Origin: a virus
Lineage: Duplodnaviria > Caudoviricetes
Reading direction: 5' to 3' (one strand)
Virus record (IMG/VR): IMGVR_UViG_3300032306_000101
Span: 1 to 28,156 of that record
Length of the DNA stretch: 28,156 nucleotides
Numbering within the stretch: position 1 is the stretch's first letter; each line of letters opens with the position of its first letter. Below the pieces are notes generated by a model that saw only the letters and a program-made list of their open reading frames with translations, was not told where the DNA came from and searched no databases. Both the position numbers and the translations under genes were made by a program. Positions 15,788-25,096 of the stretch are shown here, one piece after another.

Positions 15788-18044
15788 ACCAAGTGACAAC
15801 TTACAAGCAGTATTTGAAAAAGCAATTGACACTGCTAAAAAATTACATCACGAATATCTCACAATCGAACACTTGTTGTTTGCCATGCTTACTGAAGAAT
15901 CATTTAGCAATTGCCTTATCGGATTTGGTAAAGATGCAGATGAATTAAAAAATGAGCTAGAATCGTACCTGCATAATAAATGTGATGAAATTAAAGTCGA
16001 TGATGTTGTAGTTAAACCTAAAAAGACACAAGCCGTTGAACGTGTGCTTAATCGTGCATTTACACAAGTATTGTTCAATGGGCGTCAACGTATTGAATCA
16101 ACTGACGTATTTCTTGCAATGTTTGGCGAGAAGCGCAGTTGGGCACAGTATTATTTGTCAAAAGCTCAGATTGATAAAGAAAAATTTAACGATTATATTT
16201 CCAACGAAAGCGACACTGAAGAAGAGTCTCCTCGTGACAATCAAGGAGACAAAGCTCTATCTGCATTTACTACCAACCTAAACGACCAAGTTAGCAAAAA
16301 CAAAATTGATCCAGTTATCGGTCGCATTGACGAACTTGAAAATATTGCATTGAGTCTAGGTCGTAGAAGTAAAAACAACGTGATCCTTGTAGGCGATCCA
16401 GGGGTGGGTAAAACTGCTATTGCAGAAGGTCTTGCTTATAATATTGTTAAAGGCGCAGTTCCAGACTTTCTCAAGGACTACAAAGTATTCAGTCTTGACA
16501 TCAGCGCCATGCTGGCAGGATCTAAATATCGCGGTGACTTTGAAGAACGTTTTAAAATGGTGTTGAAAGGTCTCGCTAAGAAGGGTAAGACAGTATTGTT
16601 CATCGACGAAGCACACATGATTAGTGGTGCAGGGTCTGCAGGTAATAGCAGTAATGATCTTGCTAACATGATGAAACCTGCACTGAGCAAAGGTAACATT
16701 AAAGTTATTGCCAGTACAACGTGGGAAGAATATCGCAAGCACTTTGAAAAGGATCGTGCGTTAATGCGGCGATTCCAGCGTATTACTATTGACGAGCCTA
16801 CTATCGAAATGACTGTACAAATCCTCAAAGGTATTAAGAAATACTACGAAGGTTTCCACAATGTTAAAATTCGAGAAGATGCTATCCATGCGGCTATTAA
16901 ATTGTCAGTCAAATATCAAACAGATAAAAAATTGCCAGATAAAGCAATTGACTTAATTGACATAGCATGTTCACGCTTTAATCTAAAACTGGCCGATGAC
17001 CGTATTATCGGCGAACGTGAAATTCAGTTTGAACTTAGTAAAATGGTTAACTTGCCTGAAGAACAAGTTATGGAGACTGAAAGTACTAACCTTGCAAGTT
17101 TGCAAACTAAACTTGAAAAAGAAGTATACGGGCAGGACCTTGCTATTGTCGAAGTAGTGGATAAAATTATGGTAGCACAAGCTGGTCTTAAGAGTGAGAA
17201 CAAACCTATTGGTAGTTTTGTGTTCATGGGGCCAACTGGTTGCGGTAAAACTGAAACAGCTAAAAGTCTTGCTAAGAACTTGGGAGTTAAACTATTGCGC
17301 TTTGACATGTCAGAGTATCAAGAAAAGCACAGTATTAGTAAGCTGATTGGTAGCCCACCGGGTTATGTTGGCTTTGAAGAAAATGCTGGTTTGTTGATTA
17401 CGCAAATTCAAGAAAACCCCAATGCTGTATTGTTGTTTGATGAAGTTGAAAAATCACATCCAGATGTAAGCACGGTATTGTTACAAATGATGGATAATGG
17501 ATTTATTACAGGATCAAACGGAAAACGTGCAGACTGTCGTAATTTAATTCTTATCCTTACAACCAATGCTGGTGCAAACGAAGCTGAGAAGAACGCTATT
17601 GGTTTTGGAAGCCAGGACAAGGATTACAACGATAAAGACCTTAAAAAGTTCTTTACTCCTGAATTCCGAAATCGCTTGGACGGTATTATTACCTTTAACA
17701 AGTTGGCAAAAGAAACCATGGTCAAGATCATTACCAAGTTCATAGACGAACTACGTGCTCAAGTTAAAGAAAAAGGTATTCGTGTTAAATTAGATAAGGA
17801 AAGTACTAACTGGTTGATTACCAAAGGATTTGATTCTAAAATGGGTGCTCGTCCATTACAACGTGTTATTGATAAAGAAATTAAACGTCCATTAGCTAAA
17901 CTAATGTTGTTTGGAGATCTTAAAAATGGCGGGTTGCTAACCATTACTGTACAAGACGATCAGCTGTGTTTATTATCTACTCCTAAGGAATCAAAAATTC
18001 CGTTGCTGTCTATAAGCAATAACGTAACTGAAAATGCTGTATAA
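15780..18044 (+). CDS. clpA: ClpA-like ATP-dependent Clp protease ATPase subunit
   Basis: Clp_N (HEYLTIEHLL), two AAA+ modules (GDPGVGKT/FIDEAH and GPTGCGKT/LFDEVEK), GSPPGYVG, ClpP-docking IGF loop; no ClpB middle domain; 754 aa. Confidence 0.93.
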   Translation: MVEPSDNLQAVFEKAIDTAKKLHHEYLTIEHLLFAMLTEESFSNCLIGFGKDADELKNELESYLHNKCDEIKVDDVVVKPKKTQAVERVLNRAFTQVLFNGRQRIESTDVFLAMFGEKRSWAQYYLSKAQIDKEKFNDYISNESDTEEESPRDNQGDKALSAFTTNLNDQVSKNKIDPVIGRIDELENIALSLGRRSKNNVILVGDPGVGKTAIAEGLAYNIVKGAVPDFLKDYKVFSLDISAMLAGSKYRGDFEERFKMVLKGLAKKGKTVLFIDEAHMISGAGSAGNSSNDLANMMKPALSKGNIKVIASTTWEEYRKHFEKDRALMRRFQRITIDEPTIEMTVQILKGIKKYYEGFHNVKIREDAIHAAIKLSVKYQTDKKLPDKAIDLIDIACSRFNLKLADDRIIGEREIQFELSKMVNLPEEQVMETESTNLASLQTKLEKEVYGQDLAIVEVVDKIMVAQAGLKSENKPIGSFVFMGPTGCGKTETAKSLAKNLGVKLLRFDMSEYQEKHSISKLIGSPPGYVGFEENAGLLITQIQENPNAVLLFDEVEKSHPDVSTVLLQMMDNGFITGSNGKRADCRNLILILTTNAGANEAEKNAIGFGSQDKDYNDKDLKKFFTPEFRNRLDGIITFNKLAKETMVKIITKFIDELRAQVKEKGIRVKLDKESTNWLITKGFDSKMGARPLQRVIDKEIKRPLAKLMLFGDLKNGGLLTITVQDDQLCLLSTPKESKIPLLSISNNVTENAV

Positions 18045-18660
18045 GACCACAACACAGTTATTCAAAGGCATGTATCAGTACAAAGTTGTATTGATATGTG
18101 CCAGCGCAGGCTGGTTTAGGGGGAACGATTTCGACACAGCTCTTGATAGGTTAAAAAAGGTCAATCTAGAAAATCCTAGTAATTATTTGGGCGGTCGGCA
18201 TATTAAGACCCAAGACCAACTCGATTATGCATTTAAATTACAAAACCAGCTGAGTTTGTTAAAAGACATAGAAGTTAGGGTAGAAGATCCGTGGATATCT
18301 GTTTATACAAACAATATCGATAATATAAACTCATTAGTTAATTTGGATATAGATAATGTAAAATATGTGTGCAAACCCGCAGACAATGTGTCGTTGAGTT
18401 CGGATATTATTGTAATGCCTAAAATGCCGTATGACTACAGGGTCACATTAAGCAAAACCACCCAGGAAAATACTGCATTTATACAATGGGCCAGCACAAA
18501 TAAGAATGTAAAATTAACAAAGAGTTGTATCAAGGATCTATCAAAACCTCGCAGTTGGGGCGGCACACACTTCTATGTGTCTGGGGACAATAACTTGCTC
18601 ATGTCTAAAATGCACTTGGGCGCCACTATATCCAAGGTTCAACGCATTATCAAAGCATAG
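18034..18660 (+). CDS. Hypothetical protein
   Basis: 208-aa ORF overlapping the clpA end by 11 nt. Confidence 0.75.
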   Translation: MLYKTTTQLFKGMYQYKVVLICASAGWFRGNDFDTALDRLKKVNLENPSNYLGGRHIKTQDQLDYAFKLQNQLSLLKDIEVRVEDPWISVYTNNIDNINSLVNLDIDNVKYVCKPADNVSLSSDIIVMPKMPYDYRVTLSKTTQENTAFIQWASTNKNVKLTKSCIKDLSKPRSWGGTHFYVSGDNNLLMSKMHLGATISKVQRIIKA

Positions 18661-18678
18661 ACTGTAGATAGCAAAAGC

Positions 18679-18686
18679 GATAAATA
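18679..18686 (+). promoter_or_regulatory. Late-promoter-like GnTAAATA heading the putative capsid-cargo block
   Basis: gaTAAATA in the 18661-18731 intergenic gap. Confidence 0.6.
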
Positions 18687-18731
18687 CTCTAACCGCAGAG
18701 TCTCTGCTGAATAACTATTGATGGGCTAAAA

Positions 18732-19103
18732 ATGCGTATAAGAGAACTATTAGAAGGTAAACAGTTTAACGATTTAGATTTTGTTAAACAAACCAACGAT
18801 AAACGCGAAATTGACTACGATCTCGTTGAAGATTTAATGCATTTCATGAATCACGACGATGATGTTTATCGCCGCCATGTGTTTCCAACAATTGCCAACT
18901 GCATCGATAAAGTCAGTGCAAAACGTCCAACAAAATTAGGAATGTTTAAACCTGTTGTAGAAAAAAGTTACAAATTGTATATAGATAAGTTTCCTATCCG
19001 CGAATTGCCCGATGATATTGACAGTAAAGTATGCGAACAAGTGTGTAGCAAAATGCACGAAGAAGTTGTTAAGCATGTTACTGATGGAAAATACAAGGGC
19101 TAA
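18732..19103 (+). CDS. Hypothetical protein with MRIRELLE leader
   Basis: First gene after GaTAAATA (18679-18686). Confidence 0.75.
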   Translation: MRIRELLEGKQFNDLDFVKQTNDKREIDYDLVEDLMHFMNHDDDVYRRHVFPTIANCIDKVSAKRPTKLGMFKPVVEKSYKLYIDKFPIRELPDDIDSKVCEQVCSKMHEEVVKHVTDGKYKG

Positions 19104-19105
19104 AA

Positions 19106-21007
19106 ATGTTATTACGCGAGCTGTTTACTAGTCCTAAAAAAAATATCATTGTGGAAGGCGGTGGCAACATCTGGCCTGAAACTGTTGAGTTTTATCCCAC
19201 GCCCGAACTAGTACAAGCATTACTAAAACAAGTTCAATCATATGTGCGTAAGGCAGGATTTCCGTTGTATGTACAAGGAAGTGGTGCTAACTCAGATCCT
19301 AGTCCAGAACATCCAACTGGAGATTTGGATACATCGGTAGACATGGACCAAGTCAAACAGTTTTTTAAAATTCCCCAAACTAAAAAATTATCCGACGACG
19401 ACAAAGCCGCAAGAGTTGCGCTTGAACAATTTTTATTAGACAACGGTGTGCCAGCAACATACAAAGCAGGTGTAACTGTACACATCAAGTTCCCATTCAA
19501 AGGCCAATTTTATCAATGCGACATTAAGGTTGTTCGTAAGGCCGCTAAAGTAAGTAAATTCCATCAACACCAGATACCTCGTGGTAGTCCTTATAAAGGT
19601 GTCCATAAACAAATGATGATGAACGCATTAGCAAGTAGTCAGGGTATGCTCTGGAGTCCTGATGAAGGACTTTATGCAAGAGATGCACAGGGCAAGAAAG
19701 CAAATTTAATCAGCGACGAGTGGGACGATATTGCCAAGGCTCTACTCGGTACCCGTGCGTCTGGAAAAGACTTGGGCAGTGTTGAAGCAATCATGAATGC
19801 CATTCCTGATCCAGCACGTAAACGAGAATTGTATGGCATGGCAACTGGCGGCCAAAGTTGGCAAAATGCTCCTTTGCGTGGACCAGAAAAAGTATTCGAA
19901 GCGGCTCCTGCTGTTGGTCGTAAATATCAACACATCGAAGATTTGGTTTTTACTAACGGTAGCAATGGTGGACTTCATGCTGTTGAACGACTACGTTCTA
20001 TGGGTCAACAAGGAAGTGGTATAGAATTAAAATGGGATGGCAGTCCTGTTATATACTGGGGTCGCGACGAGCAGGGTGCTTTTCATATGATACCAAAAAA
20101 CGCATGGGAATATTTAAAGCGTGGTACTATGCAAACCAAAAGCGGTGTTCCTACCATGATGAACAGCGCCACTGATGTTGAAAACTTTATTCTAAACACA
20201 GGTGATCCTTCTAAGAAAGATAAAAAGCGTACACAGTTTGCATCCGGTCTGGCCAGTTTATGGTCTTATTTTGAAAGCATTAGTCCTCAATCAGGATTTA
20301 TTGAGGGTGGAATATTATTCAGCCCACTTGCTCCTGCAAAATTAAATCGCACAACTAAAGACTGGGAGTTTACTCCTAACATCACAACATTCCATATTCC
20401 AGCAACTAGCGAATTAGGCCAGCGTATCAAGTCTGCAAAGATGATGGTGGCCGCTACTGGATTTTATGACGTTATTGGTGCTAACGAAGATCGTTTTCCC
20501 GATGCTGAACAGTTATCAACTAAAGATGTAATTGTTCAAGGAACAACTTATGTTCAAGAACCTCCAGAAGTCGATGAGCGAGGATTAGAACATGCTGGCG
20601 GATACATCGAACAACATGCTGATAACATTGACAGTTTCTTGGCAGGACAACCTGGGTTAAGCAAACCTGGCGACATATTATATAAATTCTTTAATCAGAA
20701 CTTGCGTATTGCAGGTGTTAAGGCAGGCTTTGCTGAATGGGTCAAAACAAATGTAAGTGCAGGGCAAGCTCAAAAAGTATTAAGTCATCCTGGGTTAAAT
20801 AATGTATTAACCGCAGTAGAATTGTTGACAAACGAAAAAATGAAATTGATACAAAAACTAAGTCAAGGCACACACGGCGGTATCAAACAAACCAAACCTG
20901 AAGGATATGTGCAAGCTCATCCAGGAACACAATTTAAATATGATGTTCCAGGACAATTTGTTAAAACAATCGATCAAGCAAACTGGGCACCAAGGAAAGA
21001 AGCATGA
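19106..21007 (+). CDS. Two-domain protein: Pol-beta/PolX-like nucleotidyltransferase fused to an ATP-dependent ligase-like adenylation domain
   Basis: N-domain has GS...GDLD and QCD acidic residues plus a thumb-like GS...A...G..WS..GL segment. C-domain has KWDG (motif I), FIEGGILF (III-like), EGYV (IV) and FVK (V). The ORF is certain; the function is inferred. Confidence 0.6.
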   Translation: MLLRELFTSPKKNIIVEGGGNIWPETVEFYPTPELVQALLKQVQSYVRKAGFPLYVQGSGANSDPSPEHPTGDLDTSVDMDQVKQFFKIPQTKKLSDDDKAARVALEQFLLDNGVPATYKAGVTVHIKFPFKGQFYQCDIKVVRKAAKVSKFHQHQIPRGSPYKGVHKQMMMNALASSQGMLWSPDEGLYARDAQGKKANLISDEWDDIAKALLGTRASGKDLGSVEAIMNAIPDPARKRELYGMATGGQSWQNAPLRGPEKVFEAAPAVGRKYQHIEDLVFTNGSNGGLHAVERLRSMGQQGSGIELKWDGSPVIYWGRDEQGAFHMIPKNAWEYLKRGTMQTKSGVPTMMNSATDVENFILNTGDPSKKDKKRTQFASGLASLWSYFESISPQSGFIEGGILFSPLAPAKLNRTTKDWEFTPNITTFHIPATSELGQRIKSAKMMVAATGFYDVIGANEDRFPDAEQLSTKDVIVQGTTYVQEPPEVDERGLEHAGGYIEQHADNIDSFLAGQPGLSKPGDILYKFFNQNLRIAGVKAGFAEWVKTNVSAGQAQKVLSHPGLNNVLTAVELLTNEKMKLIQKLSQGTHGGIKQTKPEGYVQAHPGTQFKYDVPGQFVKTIDQANWAPRKEA

Positions 21008-22311
21008 ACTTAAGAGAGCTGTTTAGAGAAAACATTGACCGCACTGGCGAAAGCAAAAGTGCTGTGGTTGGCTGGGGACGTGGTATGGGCCACCGTGGTC
21101 ATATGTACTTGGCCGATGCTGTTATCACACAAGCAGAAGAAACAGATGCTGATCCTTATTTTGTTGTGAGTCGTACTGTAGGCAAAGATGATCCAATTAC
21201 TCCTGAAGAAAAATTGCATCTTTACAAAAAAGTTTTTCCAAAGATGGAACACATATTCCATGCTGCCAGTGATGAGTTACCAGATTTAAATCGTGTGTTG
21301 AAACACTTAGCAGGTTTGGGATATACTGATGTTACTGTTGTCGTGGGTGCTGATCAAAAGAACGCTTTCCAATATCTAGTACGCCCAGACAAGTCTGGAG
21401 TTGAACCATATAAACAATTTGGATTCAACAACATGAATGTTATTAGTCGTCAAGAAACTAACAGCAGGTATTCGCAGGAAGAAGGACCACGTGCTACACC
21501 AATGCGCAATGTTCTTAACGATCCAGAAGCAAATGACGATAAAAAATTCCAAACATGGCGTGATGCTATGAGTCCGGAAGTAAGTGACGATGAAGTTCGT
21601 GACTTGATGCAAAAGGCTCATACACGTATGCAGGACTTTAATAAACCCAAAGTTCGAGCTAAGAAAGAAAAAGCCACAGCAGAAGGGCTACTGGGTTTAT
21701 TATCTAAAGCGCCAGCGAAGATTGCTTCTAAGCCTTTTGTATCAAAGGTCCCCGCTCCAACTGGTCCATTGAAACCTGGTGAAATGCCTCCAGACATTGT
21801 GATGTTAATTAACAAAGTTCAAAACAAAGTGCCTCTTCGCCCAGATGAATATTCAAAGTTGCAAGCATACAAAGCATTTAAGGATGCTGGTTCTATGAGT
21901 TTAAAAGAAGCAAATATATTAGCAAGAGCGTTGAGAGAAGGATCAGCTGGTAAAGTGGGCAAAGGCGGAACTAAACCTATAGACAAAGAAAAGAAAGCCG
22001 CAATGCGCAATGCAACTACGGTGCCAGGATTAAACATGTCAACTGGTAGTATGTATAAAAATTACAGAATGAGTGTTGCACTGGCAGGTGCACCTGACTA
22101 TCCAACTAAGATGGAAGCTGACAACTGGATCGGTGGCGATCCCTTAATTAGTTCGTATACTCAAGAAGAATATGATATGGTTAAAGCGGCCGCTAAACAA
22201 GTTGGCGCAGGAACTATAGAAAACTGGACTGGCAAACGCAGTGAAGAAATGGCCGACGTTAACAAAACTAGTACAGTAGCAACACCTAAAAAGAACAAAT
22301 ACGGAATTTAA
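21004..22311 (+). CDS. HIGH-superfamily (cytidylyl/adenylyl-transferase-like) nucleotidyltransferase with extra C-terminal modules
   Basis: VVGWGRGMGHRGH (HxGH), DPITPEEK, VVVGADQ; ATGA coupling; MNLRELFRE leader. Confidence 0.7.
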   Translation: MNLRELFRENIDRTGESKSAVVGWGRGMGHRGHMYLADAVITQAEETDADPYFVVSRTVGKDDPITPEEKLHLYKKVFPKMEHIFHAASDELPDLNRVLKHLAGLGYTDVTVVVGADQKNAFQYLVRPDKSGVEPYKQFGFNNMNVISRQETNSRYSQEEGPRATPMRNVLNDPEANDDKKFQTWRDAMSPEVSDDEVRDLMQKAHTRMQDFNKPKVRAKKEKATAEGLLGLLSKAPAKIASKPFVSKVPAPTGPLKPGEMPPDIVMLINKVQNKVPLRPDEYSKLQAYKAFKDAGSMSLKEANILARALREGSAGKVGKGGTKPIDKEKKAAMRNATTVPGLNMSTGSMYKNYRMSVALAGAPDYPTKMEADNWIGGDPLISSYTQEEYDMVKAAAKQVGAGTIENWTGKRSEEMADVNKTSTVATPKKNKYGI

Positions 22312-22312
22312 T

Positions 22313-22750
22313 ATGGACGAGAAATATCACTTAGCATTAAAAACAGCATTTGCCAGCGAATATGCATTTGCTATCAAAGCACAAAACTTTCATTGGAATG
22401 TAGAAGGACCATTGTTTGCACAGTTACACGACTTGTTTGAACGCATTTATACTGAAGTGTATGGTAGCATTGATACGTTTGCAGAACAAATTCGCGCTTT
22501 GGATGTTTATACTCCAGCTAGTTTACAAAAATTCAGTATGCTTACACAAGTTAAAGATGAAAATGCTGTTCCCGATTTCCAAGGAATGCTAAGAGAATTG
22601 TTAGAAGACAGCGACCGCATGGCTAATATTTTTAAAATGGTGTTTAGCATGGCAGAAACTGCCGGAGATCACGGCCTTAGCGACTTCTTAGCTGGACGGC
22701 AAGATGCTCATAAGAAACACAGCTGGATGCTAAGAGCAAGTTTAAAATGA
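22313..22750 (+). CDS. dps: Dps/ferritin-like DNA-protecting protein
   Basis: KAQNFHWNVEG..F..LH.LFE..Y......D..AE.IRAL and HKKHSWML. Confidence 0.92.
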   Translation: MDEKYHLALKTAFASEYAFAIKAQNFHWNVEGPLFAQLHDLFERIYTEVYGSIDTFAEQIRALDVYTPASLQKFSMLTQVKDENAVPDFQGMLRELLEDSDRMANIFKMVFSMAETAGDHGLSDFLAGRQDAHKKHSWMLRASLK

Positions 22751-23034
22751 AACAGTATAGAATTACTACTCAAGATTTAAACCAAGACAGTCCTGACGAT
22801 TGCTATCTTGCGCCCAACGACCCCATACAAGAATTAAAAATTTTATCAGGTATGGGCGGGCTTGGTGGGCAAGCAAGACTACACGAGTATCGTGTTAACC
22901 AAGGTAGCAACATAAGTGTAACTGGAGATGCTACTGGACAGTTACAAAAAAAATTAAATATACAACCAGGAACTCCTGAATGGTTCAAATTATGGTTCAG
23001 TTTACCATACTTGACTGGGGAGAAGAAAATATGA
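22747..23034 (+). CDS. Hypothetical protein with C-terminal PGTPEWFKLWF motif
   Basis: ATGA-coupled on both sides. Confidence 0.75.
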   Translation: MKQYRITTQDLNQDSPDDCYLAPNDPIQELKILSGMGGLGGQARLHEYRVNQGSNISVTGDATGQLQKKLNIQPGTPEWFKLWFSLPYLTGEKKI

Positions 23035-23510
23035 AAATGTACGAACTAGACGAAAACTTTCGCGGACGTAGAAGCTACGACGATAACCGTACTGGATTTG
23101 GACGACCTGAAAGAGACATGGATGACGAATCTAATTTGTTGTACATTTACAAAAACGAAAGAGTTCATAAATCAATGATTTCTAATCGTGTAGAGCGTGA
23201 AGCTCGCGCACAAGGTTTTAGAGATACGCCTGAACAAGCATTAAAAATGCACGGTATTATTAAGAGCAAATTTAAACCAGGCAAGTGGGTGCAAAAACAA
23301 GGCGATAGTTGGATTGAAGTACATCCGTTCGGTAAGCCAGACGATGTAGCTGAATCAGCCACAGCAGGTGCTACCAGTGCGGCCAACGTGGGTGTGGGTG
23401 CGGTGTACAAAAACAAACCAGTCAAAGCCGCTAAAAACAAAGACGGAACCATTAAAAATGCACTGGATTCCAATGCAAATTTGCTGACGGGCGGAAGCCT
23501 CAAACGATAA
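23031..23510 (+). CDS. Hypothetical protein with MKMYELDE leader
   Basis: Start moved from 22980 to ATG 23031, based on the ATGA overlap and upstream GGGGAG. Confidence 0.7.
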   Translation: MKMYELDENFRGRRSYDDNRTGFGRPERDMDDESNLLYIYKNERVHKSMISNRVEREARAQGFRDTPEQALKMHGIIKSKFKPGKWVQKQGDSWIEVHPFGKPDDVAESATAGATSAANVGVGAVYKNKPVKAAKNKDGTIKNALDSNANLLTGGSLKR

Positions 23511-23513
23511 ATA
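23506..23513 (+). promoter_or_regulatory. Late-promoter-like GnTAAATA
   Basis: gaTAAATA overlapping the previous stop codon, 23 nt before ATG 23537. Confidence 0.6.
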
Positions 23514-23536
23514 CATAAAGATAACGGAGTATACTC

Positions 23537-25093
23537 ATGCCACTAGATTTAGACCAAACAAGCCCAGAAATGGCACAACCAGCAGAAGTAGTAGGATTGC
23601 AATCAAACGAATCAGATCGCGAAGGTGCAATGGCCAAAGCTGACTTATACAAGTTAGCCAGCTACTCACAAAAGCTATTTCAACAACTAAATGACGAAGA
23701 TCAATTAGAAGGTTGGGTACAGGCTAAAATTACCAAAGCCGCTGATTATATTGCCAGTGTTTACCACTATTTAGAATATGAAATGAAGTTTAGCGAATAT
23801 GGTAAGGCTCTTGATGACAGCGATGTATTAAGCGAAAGTCAAAAAGTTGCTTTGAAGTCTAAGCTAATGGAGGCCAAGTCTAAGATCAAAGAACTTAAAC
23901 TTTCACAAGCTGAAAAAGCCAAAGACAAGAAGGTTGATGAAGGTGCGCTAAGTGGCGGTGAGCGTGCTTGTACAGAATGTGGCGGTACAGGTATGGTTTA
24001 CGAAGAGCCTAAATCAATTCCAGATTATGTTAAAGGCAAAGTTGAAAAATACAAGACCATGGTCAAGGCTACTAAAGCCGCGCACAAGCGTATGGATGCT
24101 AACAAAAACGGTATTCCAGATGACGAAGAAGGCGTGGAAGAAGGATTTGATGAAAAGTCAAAAGAAGGCGACTCATTTAAAACTAAAACTGGTGTAGCTA
24201 CTAAAACATCAACAGGTGTCAAGCATACTAATACCAGCTACAAAGATGACGGCGAAGCTGAAGAAAAATCAGGCAAAGGCGTTAAGAGCCATGCTAAAGC
24301 ACAATCAGCCGCTGAGAAGAAAGAAAAAGCTCCAGCACAAAAGCAAAGTCCAAAAAGTGCTAAAACATGGGGTATGAAAGACAGCGAGAAGTTTGACAAC
24401 AGAGATGGCGCACCTGCCAAACCAAAGAAAGAAAAAGATGTTGGTGAAGGTGTTTATGAAGGTTCTAAAATGCGCAGTGCCAGTCCTAAGGACATGCCAG
24501 CCAAAGGCAACAAGATTGGTAAAGAAGGCAATGCATTTGGTAAAGCAGTTCAAGATGCCAAAGCCAGTGGTGATAAAACTATGACAGTTGGTGGCAAAAC
24601 TATGCCAGTTAAAGAAACTGCCAGTGCCAAAAAGAAATGTCCTCCAATGTCACACATTAAAAAAATGTGTCAAGATGGTAAGTCCGTAGCAGAGATTTGC
24701 AAAATGCATTCTGATTGTGACCAAACAGAATTAAAACAGATGATAGCTGATTGCAAAAAACAAACTGTTAAAGAAACTGGTGGTAACAAAATTGCCGCGG
24801 CTACTATGTGGAACAATATCAAAGAAACTACTGCGTATATTGCTGAAAAAGCAAAAGCCGCTAAGGATCTTCCAGGCAATCAAGAAAAGATTGATGTTGC
24901 AGAACCAAAAGGCAAAATTGACGGCAAAGACATGGCCGCATTACGTGCCAAGAAAGAAACTGTTAAAGAATCAACTGACTTATCACGTATGCGTGAACTA
25001 ACAGGTCGTTTAAATCTAAACGAAAATGTTATTGTTAAAAAATCCAGTGAAGTTGATCAGTTAAAAGCATTGACCAATTTGTTCAAGGGTTAA
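23537..25093 (+). CDS. Lys/Glu-rich modular protein, putative internal head protein
   Basis: GGAG RBS; GaTAAATA at 23506-23513; short modules separated by VKE/VDE/LNE-type sites. Confidence 0.7.
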   Translation: MPLDLDQTSPEMAQPAEVVGLQSNESDREGAMAKADLYKLASYSQKLFQQLNDEDQLEGWVQAKITKAADYIASVYHYLEYEMKFSEYGKALDDSDVLSESQKVALKSKLMEAKSKIKELKLSQAEKAKDKKVDEGALSGGERACTECGGTGMVYEEPKSIPDYVKGKVEKYKTMVKATKAAHKRMDANKNGIPDDEEGVEEGFDEKSKEGDSFKTKTGVATKTSTGVKHTNTSYKDDGEAEEKSGKGVKSHAKAQSAAEKKEKAPAQKQSPKSAKTWGMKDSEKFDNRDGAPAKPKKEKDVGEGVYEGSKMRSASPKDMPAKGNKIGKEGNAFGKAVQDAKASGDKTMTVGGKTMPVKETASAKKKCPPMSHIKKMCQDGKSVAEICKMHSDCDQTELKQMIADCKKQTVKETGGNKIAAATMWNNIKETTAYIAEKAKAAKDLPGNQEKIDVAEPKGKIDGKDMAALRAKKETVKESTDLSRMRELTGRLNLNENVIVKKSSEVDQLKALTNLFKG

Positions 25094-25096
25094 ACC

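Noticed and set aside
14461-18044. Bacterial chromosomal origin, suggested by dnaJ, def, clpA, phoH and dps
   Set aside because: These genes are interleaved with fibre, baseplate, spanin and gp44-like genes and share phage-type promoter motifs. No integrase or host gene order is evident.
18698-18710. Small palindrome gcagagtctctgc after the late motif
   Set aside because: Only a 5-bp stem with no U tract; too weak to call.
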